The notes under the pieces were generated by a model. That model ran no database searches, was not told the DNA's origin, and saw only the letters and a program-made list of their open reading frames with translations. A program made the position numbers and the translations under genes. Positions 54,978 to 64,000 of a DNA stretch of 64,000 nt are shown in pieces (position 1 is the first letter of the stretch; each line of letters begins with the position of its first letter). The stretch is from Candidatus Melainabacteria bacterium 17Bon1m. GTDB taxonomy: Bacteria; Cyanobacteriota; Vampirovibrionia; Obscuribacterales; Obscuribacteraceae. The stretch covers positions 672,001 through 736,000 of the forward strand of contig JAVLKG010000001.1 in assembly GCA_032128875.1 (NCBI GenBank), in the 5' to 3' direction.

Positions 54978-57254
54978 ATGGAAAAATTTGGAAAATTCAG
55001 CAAAGACCGCAGTGTAGCTTTGTTATGCGCGCTGAGTATTTTTGTGGGCTGGTGCGCACCAAATGCTGTTGCTGCGCCAAAGCAATTGGAGCCTGTCCTC
55101 AAAGCGATCGATCCGTCTCAAGCGAAGATGGACACGCCAACTCCTGCGCCGCAAACCCAAAATCCCAATCCGCTTGGGCGCATCAATGGGCAACCTGTAA
55201 GCCGCGGCAATCAGCTCAATCGGGGCGATGTAAATCCGCAAGGTTCTGAACAACAGGACGGTTCTGGCTACAAATACACGCCATATGAATCGCCTGATTA
55301 TTCCAACTCACCGCCTCAGTTTCCATCCGACTCGCAAATCCCGGAATTCGGAAAGCCGCTTCCCGACTCGACGCGCGGTGGTGCTGGAGGCGCCAACGGC
55401 GATGCATGGACGACAAATCGAACTGTTCCTGGCGGAGCTGCTTCTCCGGCACCCAACTCTCAGGAAGAAATTCGTATTACTAAGTTGGAGCAGCAAGCCT
55501 TTGGATCTACTTACCCTGAGCACGAAGTAGAAGATCGACTGGATCATCTGGAAAAGGAAATCTTCGGTGCTCCAACACAGGCACCACCGCCTGATAGGTT
55601 GGCGAGACTAGAGCAAAAACTCAACATGAAGAGCGCCTTTGGTCAAACACCATCAGCGAATTCTCTGGCTCAAGGAGCGATTCCAATGAAGGCGGCAAGC
55701 AATATGTATCCGCCTAAGAGCTCACAGCCAGCCGGTGCAGCACCAGGGCAAGCATTTCCGCAACTGGCTGCCGAGACGCCAAAGATGGCTCCTGTTCCTC
55801 CTGCACCACAAAATTTTGGTGGACAGAATCAGCCAGGCGGCGGACCAAACTTTGCCGGACCTTCAGGAAATCAGCAATTAGCATACGCACCTTCTACGCA
55901 ATCTGGACCTCCGCAAGCTGGCTTTGGAGCGCCTTCAGGCGGCTTCCAACAGCAAGGACCTGCGGGGTCATTTAATCAGGCTCCGCCACAACAGCCGTGG
56001 CGTGCAGGTGGAACTCCCGCCTCAGGGCAGCCTCAGCAACCGCAGGCTTCTCCTAACTGGCAAATGCCTCAGCAGTCCTATCAGCCACCGCCGCAGCAGT
56101 TTCAGCAACCACCGCAGCAGTTTCAGCAACCGCCGCAGCAGTTTCAGCAACCGCCGCAATACCAGCAGCCGTATCAGCAACCGCAGTTTCCGGCGCCTCA
56201 ATTTCAGCAGCCGCAATATCCGCCTCAGCAGCAGTATCAACCGTCATATCAGCCGCCGCCGCAGCAGTTTCAACCGCAACCGCAATACCAGCAGCAGTAT
56301 CAGCAGCCGTATCCACCGCAGCAATATCAACAACCACCGCAATACCAACAACCGCCGCAGCAGTATCAGCAGCCGCAGTTTTCGCAGAATGGCTACCCGG
56401 CACCACAGTACGTTCAACCGCCTCAGTATCAACAGCCGCAGTATCAGCAGCCGATGCAGCAAGGGCAATATCCTCCACCCACGCAGCAATATCCTGCTTA
56501 TGGGCAGCCAATTTATACATCTACTCTGCCGCAGGGTAATGCATTTGGTGCACCACCGGCGGTGAAATCTGCGCCTTCTGCACCTAAGACCCCGCAATCG
56601 ATGGCGCCTGTCGGTAATAATCCCAATATCGCTCAATCTGACTATTTCGTTGTGGTCAAAGGCATGCCTTTTGACGAAAAGGCTGGCGATTATCTCTCTT
56701 CCATTTGGAGACCGCCGGGTATTTCGAGTGCGAGGTTTAGCCGTTTTCCTCTCAAGATTCGCTTGCCTCAGTCGTCGCCCGAATCGTGGCGCAAGTACTT
56801 GGATGAGACGATCAAGAAGTGGGGCAGCTACATTCCGCTAAAAGTGGCTTCGCAAAACGAGCCTGCTGATATCGAAATTACTTGGGAAAACCATTTCGCC
56901 GACAGTAAGTTGCTTGGAATAACGCGGTTGCAGATTTTGCAGGGGCACATGCAGGTGCGTATCTACCTTTTGCGTCCGACTTTCTATCCACCTGACGTGC
57001 CCGAGCGTATTTTGAAAAACGTTGCCATGCACGAAATTGGGCATTCCGTCGGACTTTTCGGACACAGCGACAATTCTCAGGACGTAATGTTTGCCAGCGA
57101 ACTGTTTTCCGGCAAAGGCAAGGCAGCATCAGCGAAGCCTGGCAACATAACGCAGCGCGACCTCAATACTCTGAAGAAAATCTACGAGTGCCCGCCAATG
57201 GGCGCCAATGTCAGTACGGGAAAACCGATGGAGTGGACCTCGCGGCTGCCGTAG
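54978..57254 (+). CDS. Exported Gln/Pro-rich protein with a C-terminal matrixin-like metalloprotease
   Basis: Signal peptide; HEIGHSVGLFGHS...DVM (metzincin HExxHxxGxxH plus Met-turn); RDLNTL. Confidence 0.88.
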   Translation: MEKFGKFSKDRSVALLCALSIFVGWCAPNAVAAPKQLEPVLKAIDPSQAKMDTPTPAPQTQNPNPLGRINGQPVSRGNQLNRGDVNPQGSEQQDGSGYKYTPYESPDYSNSPPQFPSDSQIPEFGKPLPDSTRGGAGGANGDAWTTNRTVPGGAASPAPNSQEEIRITKLEQQAFGSTYPEHEVEDRLDHLEKEIFGAPTQAPPPDRLARLEQKLNMKSAFGQTPSANSLAQGAIPMKAASNMYPPKSSQPAGAAPGQAFPQLAAETPKMAPVPPAPQNFGGQNQPGGGPNFAGPSGNQQLAYAPSTQSGPPQAGFGAPSGGFQQQGPAGSFNQAPPQQPWRAGGTPASGQPQQPQASPNWQMPQQSYQPPPQQFQQPPQQFQQPPQQFQQPPQYQQPYQQPQFPAPQFQQPQYPPQQQYQPSYQPPPQQFQPQPQYQQQYQQPYPPQQYQQPPQYQQPPQQYQQPQFSQNGYPAPQYVQPPQYQQPQYQQPMQQGQYPPPTQQYPAYGQPIYTSTLPQGNAFGAPPAVKSAPSAPKTPQSMAPVGNNPNIAQSDYFVVVKGMPFDEKAGDYLSSIWRPPGISSARFSRFPLKIRLPQSSPESWRKYLDETIKKWGSYIPLKVASQNEPADIEITWENHFADSKLLGITRLQILQGHMQVRIYLLRPTFYPPDVPERILKNVAMHEIGHSVGLFGHSDNSQDVMFASELFSGKGKAASAKPGNITQRDLNTLKKIYECPPMGANVSTGKPMEWTSRLP
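56070..56500 (+). repeat. Coding Q/P/Y low-complexity repeats, including three 21-bp tandem copies (PQQFQQP)
   Basis: CCGCAGCAGTTTCAGCAACC(A/G) at 56091, 56112 and 56133, followed by degenerate QQYQQP units. Confidence 0.9.
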
Positions 57255-57389
57255 CTGAAGCAATATGAATCTAAAAAAAAGGTCCGTGGGTGGGCGCTGC
57301 GGTGGGATCTGCGCCATTTATGATCTGCGCCTCAGGATCGCAAAGCCCGACAGGTGGACAATTTGAGGTGCTTATAAAGGAGCTCCGCC

Positions 57390-58253
57390 ATGTCTTTTGA
57401 CAACAAAGAGATAACGATTGCGCACAGCCCGGATTCGGACGATGCGTTCATGTTTTACGCCCTTGCCAAGGACAAAATTGACACTAAAGGGTTGAAAGTA
57501 AATCAGGTCTTGAAAGACATCCAGTCGCTCAATCAGGACGCCATTAATGGCAAGTACGAAGTATCGGCAATTTCTTTCGCCGCCTACCCTCTCGTCTGCG
57601 ACAAGTACGCCCTGATGCCTTGCGGAGCCAGCATGGGCTTCAAGTATGGTCCTATGGTGATTGCCAAGCCTGGTATCAAGAAAGAAGACCTCAAGAATTT
57701 GACCGTAGCAATTCCTGGAAAGCTGACTACCGCTTTCTTGACGATGAATATGTGGATGCCCGGTCTGAAGACAGTGGAAGTGCACTTCGATCAAATTCCA
57801 GAAGCAGTAAAAGATGGAAAGGTCGATGCCGGCTTGATTATTCATGAAGGTCAATTGACCTACCAAACCCTTGGTCTCGAAAAAATCGTTGACCTTGGAG
57901 AATGGTGGTTTGAAGAAACCGGCTTGCCACTGCCCCTCGGCGGCAATGTGGTGCGCAAAGATTTGGGTGCCGAACTGATCGATCACGCAACGAAGTTGTT
58001 GAAAGGTTCTATCGAATTCTCACTGGCAAACAGAAAAGACGCTCTCGCGTATGCTCTCGAGTTTGCCCGCGACATGCCACCAGAATTGGCTGACAAGTTC
58101 GTCGGCATGTACGTCAACGAAATGACTGTTGATTATGGTGACGAAGGTCGCGCAGCGATTTCGAGACTCTTCGCAGAAGCTTACAAGCGCGGCGTGATCA
58201 AAGAGCAAGTCAAAGTTGAGTTCGTCGGAGCACTCAGCGGCGCTGCTATCTAG
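57390..58253 (+). CDS. mqnD: 1,4-dihydroxy-6-naphthoate synthase (futalosine pathway)
   Basis: AHSPDSDDAFMFYA, DIQSLN, GASMG..YGP, AIPG.LTTA, LIIHEGQLTY, GLPLPLG, MYVN. Confidence 0.92.
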   Translation: MSFDNKEITIAHSPDSDDAFMFYALAKDKIDTKGLKVNQVLKDIQSLNQDAINGKYEVSAISFAAYPLVCDKYALMPCGASMGFKYGPMVIAKPGIKKEDLKNLTVAIPGKLTTAFLTMNMWMPGLKTVEVHFDQIPEAVKDGKVDAGLIIHEGQLTYQTLGLEKIVDLGEWWFEETGLPLPLGGNVVRKDLGAELIDHATKLLKGSIEFSLANRKDALAYALEFARDMPPELADKFVGMYVNEMTVDYGDEGRAAISRLFAEAYKRGVIKEQVKVEFVGALSGAAI

Positions 58254-58330
58254 TCGCAGTCGGTCCAGAAAACATTCAAGAGTTGCATTACTGTTCGGCA
58301 GGGTGCAACTCTTTTGTTTGAGTGTGAACT

Positions 58331-60730
58331 TTACGCTGACGCGTCCGCTCCTGCTGCCAGCTCTCCTGCTGCCGGTTTCACAACAAGCGCAACGCAGAGT
58401 ATTGCCAGCAAATAGCATGCCGTTCCTAAAAGCATCGTGATGCAGATACCGAACTCAATCGAAAGAACCGCAGCCAGGACGGAACCGCAAACTGTCGCAC
58501 CGCCGTTGACCGCCCAGAACCAAGAGCGGGCCTCGAATTGGTTTTCTCCAAAGAAGCCGAGCCCAAGCGGGAATGCCCAACCCATGAAAAAGCCAGGCAA
58601 AGCGACCATCACCGCCGACAGTGCCGCTCGAGGAAAGAGTTCGAGCAAGGCTAATTCCATTCCTGTCAGGTAGAGAATGACCGCAAGTACAGCGCCCAAT
58701 AGCGCGGAAACCAGCAATGATATGCGCATGAGTTGGATGCGTGGAACTCCTTTGTTTAGATAGTGTTGTGCTGCATAGCTTCCGCTTCCGGAGGCAAGGA
58801 GCAATACGAAGAGTACAAGAGATAGGCTCATAGTGGGATTGCCGAGGATCATCGAAAGGCGCTCAATCAGTCCGACTTCTATGAGGATGAAACCGAAGCC
58901 TATGGAAAGAAAATAACCAGCGGATTGGAAGAAGCCACCATCAGGTTTTGCAGATTTTCCAAATTTGATCCATGCTGGTGCCACGATCGTGAAGGCGACA
59001 AGAATGATTGTGAGCAGGAGCGTAAAGAGTACCAGAGCCAATCCGCCAGCACCGCCTTCTGCTTTTTTGCTCTGTGCTGTCAGCTCTGTGGCGGGGCTGA
59101 AGAAGAATGGTCTGTCTTCGCTCGGTAGATCTGAAGGTTTGTCATTTGGGTCTGTAAGGGCTTTGTAGAAAGGTTCTAGCTTTACCAAATCGGGCAAAAG
59201 CAGTGCTTTGTAGCCGAGGTCTTTGCACAATGTTTGAATCAGATCGATGTCGGCTTTCGAAAATTCCTCTTTGGAAACCAGCATGTTTCCTACACTTATG
59301 TCGCCCAGTCTGTATGGCGCACAGATGAGCATCACGTGTTTGTCGATGTTGCCGATTCCGAGCTTTGAAAACGCATCTTTGGTCAAGTAGAGCAGACGCG
59401 TGAGCTGCTGTGGTTCTTGCTCGTTGCCCCAGCGAAGAAGTGAAAGCACTCCTTTCGGCTCCAGGTGCTTCAAGTAGTGGAGAACCGCTTCTTTCGTATA
59501 CAAAGAATTCTCAGTGAGGACAAACGCGCCTGAAGTCGAGGCTGCGTAAGTGTCAACGAGCGAGCACTGAATAATTCCATATTGATTTCCTGAGCGAGAA
59601 AGCCAGTTGCGCGCTTCGTCGTTGACGATGTTGACGCCTGGTTGCTCCGCCAAATGACCGTTGAATTCTGCGTATTCTTTTTTCAGCAGACCTACGAGTA
59701 CCGGGTTGACTTCCAATCCGTCGATTTTCTTTTGTTCGAAGAGCCTTCCTGTAAGAATGTCGCGCCCGCCGCCAACTCCTATGACGAAAAGACTGTTGCC
59801 CGGTCTGAGGCGATTAGCCACCGCCGTGATGTCTTGCTTGATTGGCAGCAATTCTTCTGGTGTTGCTTTGCCCGTCATCACAGTAAATGCGCCGGAGTCG
59901 ATGTATAGACCCTTCTGGGGAATTGGCTTCGTTGGTTCCTTTGATGCGGGCACAGTCGCCCAAGTCAATGCAGGTCCAACGAATTTTGCGACAATGATTC
60001 TGCTGATTGGGCTCCATTTGACGGCTTCGATAGTGTTTGCATCGATGCCTGGAATTTGTTTGGAACTTATTTCTTGCGTGGGTGAGAAAATCCAAGCAAC
60101 GCAAACAGCTACACCCACTGCGGCTTGAATGATACCTTTGGTGCGATTTGCGCCGCTCATCGTGAGAGCAAACATAAGGCACGCGATAGCAGCAATGATG
60201 CCCGACACAATAAGTGTGTTCGGACCGGAAACTACCGAGAGTAAGTAAACGAGCAATGGACAGGCGATTGCGGCGCCCAGCAAGTCTGCGCTGTATAATT
60301 TTCCAACTTGCTCATACGAAGTCAGACATTTGCAAATGACAATACCGGCAAAGAAGAATGGAATCGCTGAGAGTAAAAAGTTGACGAAAATCCAAGCAAA
60401 TGCGCCCATGCCAACCAATGGCTTGAAAGCAAGGACTTGCAGGCCGGCTGCTGTTGGAATAGCTGCTGCGAATAGGCATGCGGAAAGAGATAATAGTGGT
60501 TCGGTCTTGTCGTCGTTTTTGCTTGCGAATGCCATCGTGTAAAGTGCGCCCAGGGTCAATCCGAACATCGCTATCGACACAATCATGAATGCGAAGTGGT
60601 AACCGGTGCTTGCACTGTACAAGCGCGTCATCACCAGTTCTAGCAGCATCATCGACATACTGCAAAGTGCCAACCCTGCAGCCAATGCTGGTGTGGGCTT
60701 TCGAAGAGCTGTTGATTCTTGATTCGACAA
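58331..60730 (-). CDS. Polytopic membrane protein with a central spermidine-synthase-like SAM-binding domain
   Basis: N- and C-terminal TM bundles; YSADLLGAA, VIGVGGGRD, LEVNP, DEAR, ENSLYTKEA, DRPFF, WAVNG. Confidence 0.85.
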   Translation of the reverse strand: MSNQESTALRKPTPALAAGLALCSMSMMLLELVMTRLYSASTGYHFAFMIVSIAMFGLTLGALYTMAFASKNDDKTEPLLSLSACLFAAAIPTAAGLQVLAFKPLVGMGAFAWIFVNFLLSAIPFFFAGIVICKCLTSYEQVGKLYSADLLGAAIACPLLVYLLSVVSGPNTLIVSGIIAAIACLMFALTMSGANRTKGIIQAAVGVAVCVAWIFSPTQEISSKQIPGIDANTIEAVKWSPISRIIVAKFVGPALTWATVPASKEPTKPIPQKGLYIDSGAFTVMTGKATPEELLPIKQDITAVANRLRPGNSLFVIGVGGGRDILTGRLFEQKKIDGLEVNPVLVGLLKKEYAEFNGHLAEQPGVNIVNDEARNWLSRSGNQYGIIQCSLVDTYAASTSGAFVLTENSLYTKEAVLHYLKHLEPKGVLSLLRWGNEQEPQQLTRLLYLTKDAFSKLGIGNIDKHVMLICAPYRLGDISVGNMLVSKEEFSKADIDLIQTLCKDLGYKALLLPDLVKLEPFYKALTDPNDKPSDLPSEDRPFFFSPATELTAQSKKAEGGAGGLALVLFTLLLTIILVAFTIVAPAWIKFGKSAKPDGGFFQSAGYFLSIGFGFILIEVGLIERLSMILGNPTMSLSLVLFVLLLASGSGSYAAQHYLNKGVPRIQLMRISLLVSALLGAVLAVILYLTGMELALLELFPRAALSAVMVALPGFFMGWAFPLGLGFFGENQFEARSWFWAVNGGATVCGSVLAAVLSIEFGICITMLLGTACYLLAILCVALVVKPAAGELAAGADASA

Positions 60731-60919
60731 AGTGAACTCCAGACGCCGAGCTTACCACTGGGACTTTTTCTTAAAAGTAACGGCTAACTTAGTAATGAGG
60801 ACATAAAAATATAGGCTTGAATAGCTTTCCACGATCTATCTGAGTTCAAGCAATCAATATCAGACACCGGGCTAAAACCGCCAGCTGCACCGAAATTTCT
60901 TGATTGCGTTTTCTTTCGA

Positions 60920-61855
60920 TTAGCCCGCTTTATCGCGACGGGCCTGCTCGTAAGCGATGATCAGATAAACAAAGCTGGAGAAGTTTGATACCTCAACCAA
61001 TCTCCAATGCTCGTCTTGTTTTTCCATACGCAACTCTAACAGCATGTTGGTGTCATAGCGCTTATTGAATAGCGTGACGCCAATTGTGGCGTCGTTTTTG
61101 CGCACTCGAATGAAAGCGATTTTCTTGAAAGCCTGTTTGCCGAACCCAAGCTTGCTGCTCACATTTTTCATTGAGAGATCGCCCAAACCAAAGCCGCCTA
61201 TTCGGGACTGTTTATCTTCGCGCTCTGGCTTATTGCCTTCTTGCGTTGTGTCGGCTGTGTCGTCTGCGTCAATTGAATTAGCTGTTTCTAGACCTGGCTT
61301 GGTTGGCTGAGTTTCGTTGTTGTCTGTAAGCGCAAGCGGTGGGAGTGAGGTTTTTTGAGGCGTTTCACCTGCAGTGTGGGTAGCCGGTGGCATAGAACTT
61401 GCAGGCACTTCTGTTACCACCAGTTTTCCCTCTGGGGTTTTCGTTACTTTCAAAACGCGTCCAATCGCGGGCGCAGTTGCGTTTTCCGAACGTCTTCTCG
61501 GGCGTGTAATTCGCTTGGCCGCTTGGTTTAAGGACAACTGATTGCTCTCAACAAAGTGCGACACTTCGTTTTTTATGATGTCCATAAGGGTCGGCTTAAC
61601 CAGGCTGATCAAGCTTGAGCCCAGCAAATCTCCGAGCACCCCTTTGCTTAATCTGGAACGCACCTGAGGGGTGAGGAATCCATCGATCATATGCGAGGAA
61701 ACCCGTTCTACATCGACATATTGCTCGAAGGTTTTTAAGTCGTGGTGGACGATGGATTCTTTGATTTCGAGGATGGAATAGAACGGCGTGGTTGTCCAAT
61801 ACCAATAACCGAAATTAATGGCCACCAAAAGAAAAACGATGGCAATTTTCCACAT
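60920..61855 (-). CDS. DUF2939-like membrane-anchored protein
   Basis: N-terminal TM followed by TPFYSI...I..HD...FEQYVD; C-terminal WRLVEVSN. Confidence 0.65.
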   Translation of the reverse strand: MWKIAIVFLLVAINFGYWYWTTTPFYSILEIKESIVHHDLKTFEQYVDVERVSSHMIDGFLTPQVRSRLSKGVLGDLLGSSLISLVKPTLMDIIKNEVSHFVESNQLSLNQAAKRITRPRRRSENATAPAIGRVLKVTKTPEGKLVVTEVPASSMPPATHTAGETPQKTSLPPLALTDNNETQPTKPGLETANSIDADDTADTTQEGNKPEREDKQSRIGGFGLGDLSMKNVSSKLGFGKQAFKKIAFIRVRKNDATIGVTLFNKRYDTNMLLELRMEKQDEHWRLVEVSNFSSFVYLIIAYEQARRDKAG

Positions 61856-61903
61856 TGTTCAAAACAGTCGTCAGACGCGGTCACCGGCGGTCCGGCTACC
61901 ATA

Positions 61904-63157
61904 TCATACCCACGACCACTGCATGCGCGTCGGAGCGCTCAGTCCCAGACCGGTGATCGCCTGGTCGAGCGTCTGCTCTTTCTGCTTGCACGAACTGAGT
62001 ATCTTCACCGCCTGATCTTTTGAAACAACGCCGTATTTGACTAGTGACTGGCAGCGCAAAGCTCGATGCAACATGCTCTTTGTGATGAGCCCCGCATCGA
62101 GAAGCATTTTGCCGATCTTGACGTTGTTGGTAACGGCTTGGGATACCGTGCCTTCGACTGAATCACGCGATAGAACACATGCTTCGATGAGCAGTTCGCC
62201 AAGCCGCATATCTTCATTTGCGCGTGTTCTTTGCATAACTTTGTTGATGGCGTTTTCAGTGAGCATATTTTCTTTTGCAATCAGGCGCATGGCTTCTGCT
62301 GCCTGATACGCCTTTATCTCTCCGCCTGCCACTGAGCCCTGAAGCATCATGGCTGCTTCCAGCAATTCGTCTGTAGCCAGCCCCTGTTCGCGAAGAACTT
62401 GACCGAAAGTTTTGCTCTTGAACAGCTCGATTTCCATGCACTCAGCAAGTTCGCTTTCCGATATCAAACCGGACATGCGCATGAGCTCTGAGAGTTTCAG
62501 CGAACCAACCGCTGGGGTTTTGAAGCTTCCCATCTCAAACAATGCTTGCTCCAGGCAAATGTTTTTTTGTTGCGCAAGTTTGATAGCATCGACAGCTTCG
62601 GCTTTTGTTATTGCCTTTTCTCGCAATAGAAGAACAGCCTGTAATGCCGAATTGAACAGAGAGCTGGAGATATCACCAGTGATAACCAACACTCGGCCAA
62701 TCAAAATCTTGGTTTGCAGAGACTTTTGCATTGCGCGTCCGAGCTGGTCTTGCGAGATAACACCTGCCTGAATGAGAATTTCGGTCAGGTCGTTGTTCAT
62801 CGATGGCGTCACCATCGTCTTTTGGTGAACAGCCACGAGCTTTTTCAGTGCTGCATGAAAATCGATGTCGTCGTGTGCAGCCAAACGAATCGCATTAATC
62901 GCTGTGTCCAGGCGAATCGTGTTGTTCTCCACCATTTGTTTTGCCGCAAGCAAGGGACGCATGCTCTCCTCGCTGAAACTGCCCGACTGCATGAGCGCTC
63001 TTTCTAACGGCAGATTCAATCGTTGGGAGATCGCAATTGCGTTCTCCAGGGTTTGAGCATCTACTACGTTGGCGCTGCGTACTAATTCCAGCAAAATTTC
63101 TGGTTTCGATGCACCAAACATTCTTAAGGCCTCCGATAAATCCTTAATTTCTCGCAC
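61904..63157 (-). CDS. Protein of four tandem MshEN-like helical domains
   Basis: RLGELL, KIGKMLLDAGLI, TFGQVLREQGL, LTEILIQAGVISQDQL, LIGRVLV motifs at ~100-aa periodicity; GTG start. Confidence 0.65.
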   Translation of the reverse strand: MREIKDLSEALRMFGASKPEILLELVRSANVVDAQTLENAIAISQRLNLPLERALMQSGSFSEESMRPLLAAKQMVENNTIRLDTAINAIRLAAHDDIDFHAALKKLVAVHQKTMVTPSMNNDLTEILIQAGVISQDQLGRAMQKSLQTKILIGRVLVITGDISSSLFNSALQAVLLLREKAITKAEAVDAIKLAQQKNICLEQALFEMGSFKTPAVGSLKLSELMRMSGLISESELAECMEIELFKSKTFGQVLREQGLATDELLEAAMMLQGSVAGGEIKAYQAAEAMRLIAKENMLTENAINKVMQRTRANEDMRLGELLIEACVLSRDSVEGTVSQAVTNNVKIGKMLLDAGLITKSMLHRALRCQSLVKYGVVSKDQAVKILSSCKQKEQTLDQAITGLGLSAPTRMQWSWV

Positions 63158-63688
63158 TTATTGTCTGACGCCTCGAATGGGAAGACTTCGCGACTCCCAT
63201 CCTTTCAGACCAATTTGCTCTACCGCAAGGCAGAGGCGGAAAAATCACTGCACGATATAACTGCCTCCATCAAAGATTGACACTCTAAAAATAGTTCTGC
63301 CTACTTTTAGCACCCAAATATCAGGAATACTTCCCTCTAAAGAGTGTGTGCAAATAGACGCAAACACGCGAAGTGGTTAGCAACCTCGAAAGGGTTGGAG
63401 GGGACATTAACTATTTCTAGTGTAGCATGGGCTGTGTTGGAACAGAAGCTCTAAGAAGCTCAACTGCACGTGAAATTTCATAGTCAGAGTGGCAATTTTA
63501 GTTGAACTATTTATTCGAATTCGACTGGCCACTTTTAATGGGAATTTGGATCTTAGAAAGTTGTCGTTTTGAGTTTTTCTGGTTTTGAAAATGGTGTTTG
63601 AATTCCGGGACGCCAAATTTGCACGAATGTGGTGCCGGCAAGAAGGTACAAGCACCACATTTAATACCTTGGAATTGACTATGTTTTT

Positions 63689-64000
63689 CTACGAGTTTCC
63701 ACCAACTGTTTTCATGAAACTGCCGAGTGCCGCGGTATATTCCTTCAGGTCCAGGTTGAGAACATCGTTGTGTCCTGAATTTTTCAACCGGACGTATTTC
63801 TTCGGGCATGAAGCTGCCGCAAACATTTGGTCGGCGTACTTGATCGGAAGAACGTAGTCTTTCTCCCCATGAATGAGCAGCAGCGGCGCTTTGCTGTGTG
63901 CGAGGAAGTCGCAGTTGTTTAACTGAGGCTGCGGGAAAGTGAAGTCAGGAAAGAGATGCAACCAAATAAAACGGTCGCGAGCGGCAATCGGCAACGATGA
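63689..64000 (-). CDS. Alpha/beta hydrolase, C-terminal part (truncated by the window end)
   Basis: PLLLIHGEKDYVLP and SGHND catalytic Asp/His motifs. Confidence 0.85.
   Translation of the reverse strand, partial: SSLPIAARDRFIWLHLFPDFTFPQPQLNNCDFLAHSKAPLLLIHGEKDYVLPIKYADQMFAAASCPKKYVRLKNSGHNDVLNLDLKEYTAALGSFMKTVGGNS

Noticed and set aside
56070-56500. CRISPR or mobile-element repeat
   Set aside because: In-frame Gln/Pro low-complexity coding sequence
63345-63405. Possible c-di-GMP-I riboswitch (GCAAA, GACGCAAA, GAAA hairpin)
   Set aside because: Elements are in the wrong order and on the plus strand, where no downstream gene follows

Overview
Gene-dense bacterial chromosomal window of about 50% GC with roughly 47 CDS. 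I found no rRNA, canonical tRNA, CRISPR array, transposase or prophage. Cyanobacterial-type ndhF1/ndhD1 genes occur with a 2-oxoacid:ferredoxin oxidoreductase, the futalosine-pathway gene mqnD and many low-complexity secreted proteins, with no photosynthesis genes. This suggests (inference) a non-photosynthetic cyanobacterial relative such as Vampirovibrionia/Obscuribacterales. Housekeeping and metabolic genes (typA, rsgA, glpD, pgeF, ltaE, tal, LCP, mqnD, GH1, SDRs) are mixed with poorly characterised exported proteins. The best candidate for an unannotated system is a ~190-nt, highly structured, tRNA-mimicking RNA (7262-7453, minus strand). It has an Asp-type GUC anticodon arm and a T-arm, its own extended -10 promoter and a palindromic operator, and it leads directly into a stand-alone SPFH/band-7 gene. 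Other highlights are an ndhF - His-rich membrane protein - OFOR cluster whose alpha subunit has a PepSY-like tail, a repeated-hairpin leader on ndhD, and an 11-repeat helical rod protein. The window also holds a catalytically dead exported CHAT protein, two orphan VirB10-like proteins, a thaumatin-like protein, a tandem pair of zincin proteases, a four-MshEN-like protein and REP palindromes. All calls come from motif recognition and by-eye base pairing; no searches or folding programs were run.
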